DNA of 35,000 nt from Takakia lepidozioides (taxonomy: Eukaryota; Plantae; Bryophyta), in NCBI GenBank assembly GCA_030704615.1, contig JAKLZA010000051.1, positions 1 through 35,000 of the forward strand, read 5' to 3'. Made by a program: the position numbers and the translations under genes. The notes under the pieces were generated by a model. The model saw only the letters and a program-made list of their open reading frames with translations. It had not been told where the DNA came from and ran no database searches. The stretch's first letter is position 1. Each line of letters begins with the position of its first letter. Below, in pieces: positions 24,801 to 35,000 of this stretch.

Positions 24801-27800
24801 ACTGTCTGAGCTGGCAGTGAAGGGTTCTTTTCACACTCACACAGGTGCCCCTGAAGTCCAAATTTTGCACCCAGAAACATTGAAATGCTCAGCTCAAACA
24901 GTGTGCGTTGCCGCACACTGTCTGAGCTGGCAGTGAAGGGTTCATTTCACACTCACACAGGTGCCCCTGAAGTCCAAATTTGCACCCAGAAACATTGAAA
25001 TGCTCAGCTCAAACAGTGTGCGTTGCCGCACACTGTCTGAGCTGGCAGTGAAGGGTTCATTTTCACACTCACACAGGTGCCCCTGAAGTCCAAATATTTC
25101 ACCCAGAAACATTGAAATGCTCAGCTCAAACAGTGTGCGTTGCCGCACACTGTCTGAGCTGGCAGTGAAGGGTTCATTTCACACTCACACAGGTGCCCCT
25201 GAAGTCCAAATTTTGCACCCAGAAACATTGAAATGCTCAGCTCAAACAGTGTGCGTTGCCGCACACTGTCTGAGCTGGCAGTGAAGGGTTCATTTCACAC
25301 TCACACAGGTGCCCCTGAAGTCCAATTTTTGCACCCAGAAACATTGAAATGCTCAGCTCAAACAGTGTGCGTTGCCGCACACTGTCTGGCTGGCAGTGAA
25401 GGGTTCTTTTCACACTCACACAGGTGCCCCTGAAGTCCAAATATTTCACCCAGAAACATTGAAATGCTCAGCTCAAACAGTGTGCGTTGCCGCACACTGT
25501 CTGAGCTGGCAGTGAAGGGTTCTTTTCACACTCACACAGGTGCCCCTGAAGTCCAAATTTTGCATCCAGAAACATTGAAATGCTCAGCTCAAACAGTGTG
25601 CGTTGCCGCACACTGTCTGAGCTGGCAGTGAAGGGTTCATTTCACACTCACACAGGTGCCCCTGAAGTCCAAATTTTGCACCCAGAAACATTGAAATGCT
25701 CAGCTCAAACAGTGTGCGTTGCCGCACACTGTCTGGGCTGGCAGTGAAGGGTTCTTTTCACACTCACACAGGTGCCCCTGAAGTCCAAATATTTCACCCA
25801 GAAACATTGAAATGCTCAGCTCAAACAGTGTGCGTTGCCGCACACTGTCTGAGCTGGCAGTGAAGGGTTCATTTCACACTCACACAGGTGCCCCTGAAGT
25901 CCAAATATTTCACCCAGAAACATTGAAATGCTCAGCTCAAACAGTGTGCGTTGCCGCACACTGTCTGAGCTGGCAGTGAAGGGTTCTTTTCACACTCACA
26001 CAGGTGCCCCTGAAGTCCAAATATTTCACCCAGAAACATTGAAATGCTCAGCTCAAACAGTGTGCGTTGCCGCACACTGTCTGAGCTGGCAGTGAAGGGT
26101 TCATTTCACACTCACACAGGTGCCCCTGAAGTCCAAATTTTGCACCCAGAAACATTGAAATGCTCAGCTCAAACAGTGTGCGTTGCCGCACACTGTCTGA
26201 GCTGGCAGTGAAGGGTTCATTTCACACTCACACAGGTGCCCCTGAAGTCCAAATTTTGCACCCAGAAACATTGAAATGCTCAGCTCAAACAGTGTGCGTT
26301 GCCGCACACTGTCTGAGCTGGCAGTGAAGGGTTCATTTCACACTCACACAGGTGCCCCTGAAGTCCAAATTTTTCACCCAGAAACATTGAAATGCTCAGC
26401 TCAAACAGTGTGCGTTGCCGCACACTGTCTGAGCTGGCAGTGAAGGGTTCTTTTCACACTCACACAGGTGCCCCTGAAGTCCAAATATTTCACCCAGAAA
26501 CATTGAAATGCTCAGCTCAAACAGTGTGCGTTGCCGCACACTGTCTGAGCTGGCAGTGAAGGGTTCTTTTCACACTCACACAGGTGCCCCTGAAGTCCAA
26601 ATATTTCACCCAGAAACATTGAAATGCTCAGCTCAAACAGTGTGCGTTGCCGCACACTGTCTGAGCTGGCAGTGAAGGGTTCTTTTCACACTCACACAGG
26701 TGCCCCTGAAGTCCAAATATTTCACCCAGAAACATTGAAATGCTCAGCTCAAACAGTGTGCGTTGCCGCACACTGTCTGAGCTGGCAGTGAAGGGTTCTT
26801 TCACACTCACACAGGTGCCCCTGAAGTCCAAATTTTGCACCCAGAAACATTGAAATGCTCAGCTCAAACAGTGTGCGTTGCCGCACACTGTCTGAGCTGG
26901 CAGTGAAGGGTTCTTTTCACACTCACACAGGTGCCCCTGAAGTCCAAATATTTCACCCAGAAACATTGAAATGCTCAGCTCAAACAGTGTGCGTTGCCGC
27001 ACACTGTCTGAGCTGGCAGTGAAGGGTTCATTTCACACTCACACGGTGCCCCTGAAGTCCAAATTTTGCACCCAGAAACATTGAAATGCTCAGCTCAAAC
27101 AGTGTGCGTTGCCGCACACTGTCTGAGCTGGCAGTGAAGGGTTCATTTCACACTCACACAGGTGCCCCTGAAGTCCAAATTTTCACCCAGAAACATTGAA
27201 ATGCTCAGCTCAAACAGTGTGCGTTGCCGCACACTGTCTGAGCTGGCAGTGAAGGGTTCATTTCACACTCACACAGGTGCCCCTGAAGTCCAAATTTTGC
27301 ACCCAGAAACATTGAAATGCTCAGCTCAAACAGTGTGCGTTGCCGCACACTGTCTGAGCTGGCAGTGAAGGGTTCTTTTCACACTCACACAGGTGCCCCT
27401 GAAGTCCAAATATTTCACCCAGAAACATTGAAATGCTCAGCTCAAACAGTGTGCGTTGCCGCACACTGTCTGAGCTGGCAGTGAAGGGTTCTTTTCACAC
27501 TCACACAGGTGCCCCTGAAGTCCAAATTTTCACCCAGAAACATTGAAATGCTCAGCTCAAACAGTGTGCGTTGCCGCACACTGTCTGAGCTGGCAGTGAA
27601 GGGTTCTTTTCACACTCACACAGGTGCCCCTGAAGTCCAAATATTTCACCCAGAAACATTGAAATGCTCAGCTCAAACAGTGTGCGTTGCCGCACACTGT
27701 ATGAGCTGGCAGTGAAGGGTTCTTTTCACACTCACACAGGTGCCCCTGAAGTCCAAATTTTGCATCCAGAAACATTGAAATGCTCAGCTCAAACAGTGTG

Positions 27801-28341
27801 CGTTGCCGCACACTGTCTGAGCTGGCAGTGAAGGGTTCATTTCACACTAACATAACAGACATCAAGACCAAATTTTGAACCCTAAAACATTGAAAAGGTC
27901 TGCTCAAACATTGTGCGTTGCCGCACACTGTTTGAGCTGGTTTTGAAGGGTTCATTTCAACCTCAGATAACAGACAGCAAAGACCAAATTTTGCACCCAG
28001 AAACACCGAAATGCCCAGCTCAAACAGTGTGCGTTGCCGCACACTGTCTGAGCTGGCAGTGAAGGGTTCATTTCACACTCACACAGGTGCCCCTGAAGTC
28101 CAAATTTTGCACCCATAAACATTGAAATGCTCAGCTCAAACAGTGTGCGTTGCCGCACACTGTCTGGGCTGGCAGTGAAGGGTTCTTTTCACACTCACAC
28201 AGGTGCCCCTGAAGTCCAAATTTTGCACCCAGAAACATTGAAATGCTCAGCTCAAACAGTGTGCGTTGCCGCACACTGTCTGGGCTGGCAGTGAAGGGTT
28301 CGTTTCACCCTCACATAACAGACATCAAGACCAAATTTTGC
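15885..28341. repeat. 116-bp tandem repeat array (about 107 copies), each unit with an 18-bp-arm palindrome
   Basis: AAGTCC at 15961 and 16077 gives a period of 116. Each unit contains CAGCTCAAACAGTGTGCG-TTGC-CGCACACTGTCTGAGCTG (one mismatch, 4-nt loop). Degenerate units at both edges. Confidence 0.98.
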
Positions 28342-28371
28342 AAGACCAATGGTTCTTTCTTTCACAAATAC

Positions 28372-28733
28372 CTGCCATTCAAAGCCGAATTCTTCACAAA
28401 TATGGGTCGTGTGGATTTTACCTTTTTCGTAGCTACTCGAGAAGACTCCCCAGTTGCCGGGGACGCTTTCCGCTTGGGGCTGCTCTCTTCGCCGACTATG
28501 TAGGTGAGCCTCTCCCCCTTCCTCTTTCCCGTGGTCAGATCGTTCGTGAGGCCAGTGTCAACATCTTCCTCCATGTCGTCTGTCTCTCCCTCAGACGCAG
28601 TGTCCTCCTCGCCTGTTCCTGGAACTATGGTGGGTTGTTGTTCTTCTCCAGATTCCTGCTCCTCCATCGCCACACTTTCCTGTATTCCCTCTTCTTCCTC
28701 CTTTTCCTCTTCCTCCACTCTTTCCATCCTCAT
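28372..28733 (-). CDS. Acidic/low-complexity exon with basic NLS-like patches; candidate first exon of the element B ParB-MTase gene
   Basis: Part of ORF 28362-28883: MRMERVEEEEKEEEEG...KRKG...PKRKASP...KKVK, ending at a donor-like GGCAG|GTATTT. Same strand as the ParB-MTase gene; element A's gene has a compositionally similar N-terminus. Confidence 0.45.
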
Positions 28734-29721
28734 TCTATATCTAGCTCTATTCCTGTTTCTAGAACTCGTGAAGTATAATGACTTCCTTCTCTTTCTCCTC
28801 CGCTGGAAACAAGGGCTCCCCACGATGCCCCTGGAGCTCTCCAGTTTGACGTTTGCAACAAGTTCTGGTATCGCATGTAACAAAAATAAAAATGGACGTT
28901 GTCAACCGTATTTGGATGCGGGTGTTGATATTGTGTGCGAACGGAATTCATCCATTTTGTCGTCTTTGTATTACCCAGCTAATAAAGCGCCGAAGAAAAA
29001 GAATATCCGTTGCATGCATTTGCGATATATGTCAGATGTGCTTCGCCGCCTGCCAATACATGGCGGCCTCCTTGCCTTCTTTCAAATTCGAATGCGCCGT
29101 AGAAATGTAGTGCTTTTTCAATTCCGAGCAGTTCTTCCAGATTCGCAATAATTGTTATGCTTCACATATGCATCCACGTGTGTTGTGCTGCATGCCCTGT
29201 GGTTTTTTTTATGCCGTGACCGTCCCCATGGGGTCATTCGGTATAAAGGATTGTGTCGGATATGACCATGTGTTGCACACATTCGTGCGAGGTATCTCTT
29301 GAAGTGTCGGTGTTTGTTCTGTGCTATTCTGGCGCAACACAATCTCATTACAATCGGATCTTCCTGTTTACTGCTCTCCAGGGTTGTTGCCGTCATTTCA
29401 TAATGGATGGTTTCATGTCAATTTCAGGGTTTGTTTTCCATCCAAAAACAGTACGGCTTCTTGTGGCTCTGGTCTTTCAAAACCGTTTTTCTGGTTGGTG
29501 GGAGGTGAATGTGCACGTCATCCCTACATCCTTGGCATGCATCGCCGGCAGCCTTGGGTTTGGTGCTACCCTTGTTGACCTCAGTTTGCTGGTGGTATTT
29601 CCACTTTCGATAATTACGGGCTCTCAGTTCGGGGATTCCGTTCTGCATCGGCAGTTTCGTTCAGTGCTGGAAAACATGTCGAGGGAGCGAGATGCACTCG
29701 CTCGATTCCTCCATCCAATGC

Positions 29722-32700
29722 AGGTACTCTTCCACTGACTGCACTGCAGACGACGATGGGTATGCAGTTGTTCATGAGGATGAGCTGGTTACAGTGTTCC
29801 CGCTGGAGTTGGGTTCTCTGCTTGTTCAGAAAGAGGTGTATGACGAGGATGGGAATTTGGATTCTGGGCACTTGGAGAAACCCTTGGTTGGCGAGTGTGG
29901 AAGGAAGTGGAGAGTCCTTCCAGGAACATACCGTGTCCTTGGAAAAGAGAGAAGACAATCAGCAGGATCAGTCGTTACCCCTGGCACTGCAGCATCGGTC
30001 GTGCAACAGAAGGCACAGTTCCTGTGAAACAAGAGGTGAGCACATCCACTACCTTCGTTACTCTTTCGGACTCGTCCTCAGGAGGATGTTTCTGAGATTC
30101 CTCCGCCAGTGCAAACTCCCTTATTGATGATGACGAATTGCGCGAGATAACAAGTGTCATTCCAAAATTGAAAGCCCTCGCAGGTGTGCCTGGGTGCAAG
30201 AGCGAGCTACGTTTTGTTGATTGGGAGTCCCTTCCAGTGCAACGTGTTCAATACGTGCCAGCTCAGTTTGATGGGGACATCTTGTTTGAGCTCAACCCTC
30301 CCACGTCTTCCAGTGGACTGGCTGGGCTTCTGCAGGGCATGGACAAGAAACATGACGGACATCCTTGGTGCAGGACAAAACTTCGAACATCCATAACGAC
30401 ATTGGCTTGAAATTTCGGAGGTCGGTTTGCGTTGGCATTGCAAGTGCCTGAATATTTCTTGCCCTCGGCTGAGAGAAACAGCGCTCAGCCAAACGAAAGT
30501 GAGTGGGAAGGTGTGCCCCTGAATCCTTTCACCCCAGGGCTTGCACCTCCCAATACCAATACTTTTGTGTGCGGTTCTGCAAACTTTCCCCGTCCTGTGT
30601 TTCTGTTTTGCCACGCTCGTATGTATCAGGTGGCACATCGATGCAAGACAATGACTCGTGCCTGCATTCATATGGGTGCACACGAGCATCCTGTGTCCAA
30701 AGGGAGTTGCAGGGATAGCGTGGACACAAGAAATCACTGAAGAAGCAAAGAGTCCATAATGCCCCTTAGCAACACCTTCTGTATAGCGCTTGCAGCTACC
30801 AAGGCATTCCTGGAAAAACACATACTGGGTGAAGGGGATTCGACACAGCCAATGCTGGATGCAGATTTCCTTGAGGCAGTCATGGACCATTTCTCCGTGT
30901 TGAGCTCTCCCAATATTCGAAACCAGGTGAATGCACTCAGAATGGGCACAGGCACTGCTGGATTCATGGACAACATTATGGACCTCAAACGGAGGAGTCG
31001 CTATGAATCATTCAAAACAGTATGTTCCCTGGCCAGGGCTCGTCCAAAGTGTATTTGTTCAAGATGTCCGCTGTGGGCCAAGCAGTGATGTGAGCATTGT
31101 CCGCCGAATGCAACCTGGAGGAGATTTGGCTAAATGTTGGTTAATGTTTGATCACTGCAACGGGTGAAGGGTTGGACAACCATGGCGTGCCATGTGTATG
31201 ATCCAGCGTACCAGCGTGTGCTCTCCATAGCAATTTGTGATATGCAGTCGGAGGACACTGAATCCCAGATGCTCATGTGGAAGTCCCTCCTGACCGTCAT
31301 GCAGCGCAATGGAATACAGAACACAAACTTTGCGGGCTTCGTGGCTGATAGTGCACAGGCAAATTTCAATGCAGTGCGGCGCGTGTTTGGTTCTGGGGAT
31401 CCTAAGGTCCCCATGGAAAATAGGGAGCGCACATGCCTCTTCCATTGGAGTCAATCTGGCACGTCATACAAAGCGCTGCATTCGCCCTGACCTTCAGTTG
31501 GAGCATAGAAGGCTCTGTCTGAAGTACAAGAATGCCACCTCAATGGGAGAAGCAGAGAGCACTTACCAGGCAATCGGCTTGGTGGTTCTCCGCTGGTGCA
31601 GCTACAGGTATCCACCTGAAGGAGTTGGAGGACTGGTTGGTTTTCTGGCACTTCAGGTACAGACAGTGGGGAGCTTTCATGACGACGGTAAGCCTCACAA
31701 GTTTTCCTTAAACACAAATTGCACTTTGCATCGTGCCTGTTCATTTGGGGTTGTTCGATTGTCACTTGAATAACCTCTACCATTTCTTTTCCTTCCTCAC
31801 ATTTCCATGCAATGCCTCCTGCAGGACATGTCCTTGGAGGACTTGGCCGACATGCCATCGTGTAATTTGGCAGAGACTGTTCACAACGCCTGGATGCAAC
31901 AGTCTACCAAAGCAGGTCGTGACTTGTATGTGGCCACTGCTGATGAATGGTGCGGGCACTTACACAACAAACCAGGTACCGCAATTTTCTGATGGGACGG
32001 GGTGGAGGGAAGGGCCCCGATTCGACTTTGTTGATGCTAAGGGCTGCGAGTAGGTCCGGAGACCCGTCAAAGATGGCCAGAGCTCTAAACAGGTGCACTG
32101 AAGGTTCCCCTCTGCAATCCAGGCTCCCCCATTTGGAAGGCGAGGAAAGATTTGGATCATGCAAAAGGAAATTAAACACTCTTCCAGGGTCAGATGGAGA
32201 TTCCCATAGGCCAGACAGGGTCAATTTCTCTGTGCCAAAGGTGTCTCCAGTGCAGACTAAGTCCTGTGCCGGCCCCTTCCCAGGTGGGTCCTCCTCCTGT
32301 GGAGCAGGTGCGGAACATGCAAGCATAGCAGCGGAAATCCCATTGGAGGAGGTGGTGGCCATGGTCAGGAATCTGATTGCATTGATAGTGACTGGCATAT
32401 AGAACGCACCCCACCAGGATCTAGAGTGGCTTGCATGGCAATTCGGAACCCCTCTTTCAAGAAATGCAAATCAAAAATATGCAAAGGCTCCAGGGGGACT
32501 CCAGCTCCAACATTCACAGGGTTGTTCCGACCTTATCATAGTGGGGAGTCAAAAGAGCACAAGTTTTGGTTCTGCCCAGACGATATGGCACGATGCGTGA
32601 AGGGAACAGTTCGTCCTTCCGTGATAATGAAGCCCCCTCCCCCGCAATTTGGCCTGTGCAAATTGGGACATCGCTGTCCTCAACCGAGATAAGCATGCTG

Positions 32701-33212
32701 GAGGAGGGAGGGTTTTGTCTTGCACGGTCCCGGGTGGTGCCCTTATGCACTGTCGGCACAGATGTGCCACATGCTCCGACAATGCCTCCACCCGGTGCCA
32801 ACTCCCACCCAACAAAAAGAGATGGAAAACAGTGCCGTGTTGCTTCGGGTGCAGATCACGAATGCAAGATGGAATCGGCTAGAATTTTGCAGGCTACGGT
32901 GGCTCGTATCACCGAAGTCCCTTCCCCGGGGTATGGACGGATTTACACAGTGCTGTCAATTGGCTCAGTTCTTCATGCCAAAGAATATCAAGTTACCATT
33001 GGGAATTTCCCATCGTGCACTTGTCCGGATTTTGTAACGATGGCGTGAGGGCGCTCTCGGCATGAGAGGGGGAAGTGGGTCCCCTGCAAGCATCAATATT
33101 ACATATACCTTGTAATTATGTGTTGCGACGGTAAGAGAGACCAATTCATTCACCAAGCCACACTAGGCTACGGAGAAGTCATCACCCTTCTGCAGCGGGA
33201 CACCTCGCGTAG
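29722..33212 (+). pseudogene. MULE-family transposase of element B (GCM-like Zn domain, DDE, SWIM), many frameshifts
   Basis: MDKKHDGHPWCRTK, RACIHMGAHEHP, WLMFDH (D1), FVADSAQANF (D2), CLFHW (CxxH), intron ~31688-31824, CNLAETVHNAW (E), FWFCPDD, PSCTCPDF...PCKH (SWIM). Colinear with 1677-5260. The 5' end is uncertain. Confidence 0.87.
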
Positions 33213-33549
33213 AGCTCCGCCAACTTCTCTTTGAACACATACGAGCCATGCCCGCTTCCCATGCTGGTTTCCAGGTTGCCGTGTGAAGATTTTTCATTTT
33301 ATGACAAACATATACATTTCGTTCACTTGTGAGGGCAAATGCACTTGCGATTCATTGTAAGGGTCTCTCTGTGAATTGAAATAAACTGTGTCAATCATTC
33401 TGAGCTCAAATCTGACATGTTTACATATTCCTCTTTTTTGGCACGCATTGCAGACATGGTGCATGGTGGCCTCCTTTGTTTTGTCCACGGTAATAGGCCC
33501 TCTTCCTGCAATCCTCGCCTATAGGACCTGCTTCTCCAGCAGATTCATG

Positions 33550-33653
33550 CCGCTCACGCTTCCCTGAAGCGTGAGCTCAGCTCACGCTTCAAAGCTTGAA
33601 CGTGAGCTCAGCTCCCAGGCTCACGGGGCTGGGCTCACGCCGTAGCTACGCTG
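33550..33653 (-). repeat. Right TIR/subterminal GCTCACG cluster of element B, including a perfect hairpin
   Basis: Multiple GCTCACG/CGTGAGC copies; TGAAGCGTGAGC-TCA-GCTCACGCTTCA at 33565-33591. Confidence 0.85.
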
Positions 33654-33662
33654 GGCAAAGAA
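33654..33662 (+). repeat. Right 9-bp target-site duplication of element B (GGCAAAGAA)
   Basis: Identical to 11120-11128. Confidence 0.8.
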
Positions 33663-34900
33663 GGCACTCTTCAACCCCCCAGGGGGGCACCCTTTCGAGC
33701 CGGTGGAAATGAAGAGGCCGAAAGTGGCTCCCGAAACAGTAGTCCAGTGTGTAAATGAGAGTTTCTTGGCGGCTTTGGATGGACAGGCAGCCAAGTTGGC
33801 ATACATGAAGACCATGGAGGGTCTGAAGGGTAGAGCACTGAAGAAGGCGACTGCCGAAGAGCCTTCCAACACCCCAGGATTTCAGAATATGGTCTCGTTC
33901 TTTGAGAGGGTGTGTGCAGACAAGGATTGTAGGAGGGGCGGAAATGCCACCGAGTGGTCTTGCGATATGATCAATTTGGATATTCCGGATGGAGAGCCTG
34001 TGGAAGGATTGCAAGCTTTGCCATCTTGGAACAGGTACTCGGAGGACTTTTGGAAGAAAGGATTCGGGCTTGCCCGCATGGTGTTTGGACGACAGAGGCT
34101 GTGTGGTTGTCCTGGCGAGCAGAGGAAAAAACACTCAGACAGGAATTGCGAAGTGGACCCGCAAGAGCGCCGTCCCGATTCTGAAAAAGAAGTGGACGTG
34201 CATCAACACACTGGGCCTTCGGTCGGAAGGGAAGAAGGTGATTACGACACTGACACTCGTCCATTCATTTGCTTGGGTGTTTTCAAATGCGGTGCCGCAT
34301 TCGGTTTCTAATCGTTTTCCCCCTGTGTATGCAGACGAAGCAGTTCGATGCATACTGCTTTGTGAAGGAGAACTCCACCTTTGCTTTCCGGAAGGAGGGA
34401 GGAAAGGTTGACCCAAACTGCGACCCACTCGATTACGACGTTCTGTTCAACAACGTTCCCAAGGAACTTCTCCCTCATAGCCTCACTTCAACGGAACCCC
34501 TGCGGTACTCACGGACTCGGAGCCCTGCCTTCATTCAGACAATTATGGAGACATGCACAGACGTGGAGGGCACAGTGCTCGACCTCATCTGTGGGACAGG
34601 TATGCAGAATCTTGATCTATGCTGTTCTGCAAATTCTCGTTAGGATGTAGTTCGCAACATCTGAAGCGCCATGTGGTAATGGTGGATGGCATTGTAACAG
34701 GTGCCTCAATGTGGGCTGGGCGGTTTTCCGACCGGCACCTCTTTGCCTACGAGGAGGATTCATCCGTGTAGGGATCCCATCTGGAAGGGCTGCAACGGAA
34801 TGTTAAGGCTCCCGACAGAGCGGAAGTCTCCTCGGATTCGTCGGAGTCCGAGGAAGACACAGTGGACATTGATGCGGAGGAGAACCCGGAATATGAGTGA
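33663..34900 (+). pseudogene. Element A ParB-methyltransferase gene, 3' part (methyltransferase domain)
   Basis: CDMINLDIPDG (~33960-33993), PSWN..SEDFW, RTRSPAFIQTIMETCTDVEGTVLDLICGTG|ASMWAGRFSDRHLFAYE with an intron at ~34600-34700 in the same position as in element B, then an acidic tail. Contains a frameshift and an internal stop. Confidence 0.82.
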
Positions 34901-35000
34901 GTGCAAACATTGTAAGTTTGCAAAGCCTTCTGGGTCATTTATGTCAAACGAATTTCCCGACTGTGGTTCTCATTAGTCTCGTTGATGATTGTCATGTGCA

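Larger units (their letters stand above)
11129..33653. mobile_element. Element B: complete 22.5-kb Mutator-like transposon (ParB-MTase gene, 116-bp array, transposase) nested in element A in inverted orientation
   Basis: Imperfect TIRs: left GGGGGGTGCTATTCCGTGAGCCTGGAGGCGTGAGCCTGTGAGC versus right reverse complement CAGCGTAGCTACGGCGTGAGCCCAGCCCCGTGAGCCTGGGAGC. 9-bp TSD. The interrupted host gene rejoins in frame. Confidence 0.88.
836..35000. mobile_element. Element A: large Mutator-like (MULE) DNA transposon with ParB-methyltransferase cargo; interrupted by element B; distal end lies beyond the window
   Basis: Terminus GAGGTTTACTATTTCATGAGC at 836 has the same spacing as both ends of element B. 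It contains a MULE-type transposase (minus strand), a palindrome array and a ParB-MTase gene (plus strand) that resumes in frame after 33662. Confidence 0.8.

Noticed and set aside
15885-28341. Many short ORFs (MPLKSKF..., MLSSNSVRC...) and a possible CRISPR or RNA-gene array
   Set aside because: The ORFs are by-products of a 116-bp unit (not a multiple of 3). There are no unique spacers and no recognisable 5S/tRNA/snRNA sequence.
28504-29738. Hydrophobic plus-strand ORFs 28504-29151 and 29253-29738 as membrane proteins
   Set aside because: The first is largely the antisense shadow of the Glu-rich exon. The second lies in probable promoter/intron DNA with no motifs or counterpart in element A.
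11138-33644. Alternative boundaries: TA...TA ends with no TSD, or a 2-4 bp TSD (GC/GCTA)
   Set aside because: The blunt model also restores the frame but leaves the flanking 9-11 bp direct repeat unexplained, and the short-TSD models break the frame. A 9-bp TSD fits a MULE transposase.

Overview
Eukaryotic (GT-AG introns, probably plant) repeat-rich DNA with a nested structure. A decayed Ty3/gypsy reverse-transcriptase fragment (1-825) is followed by a large Mutator-like (MULE) DNA transposon, element A (836 to beyond the window end). A second, distantly related member of the same family, element B (11129-33653, 22.5 kb), is inserted into A in the opposite orientation and is flanked by a 9-bp target-site duplication (GGCAAAGAA). 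Both elements have the same layout: (i) short imperfect TIRs built from C(A/G)TGAGC motifs; (ii) a GCM-like Zn domain + DDE + SWIM transposase; (iii) a divergently transcribed, intron-containing gene fusing a ParB/Srx-like domain (DGNHRLLAW) to a beta-class amino (N6A/N4C-type) DNA methyltransferase fold; and (iv) a central array of palindromic repeats. The array is about 33 x 52 bp in A and about 107 x 116 bp in B, and the two share only a TGCG-N4-CGCA core. The main candidate system is a transposon-borne ParB-methyltransferase with its own parS-like palindrome array, possibly for self-marking or anti-silencing. All protein calls come from motifs read by eye; many frameshifts could be real decay or sequencing indels.
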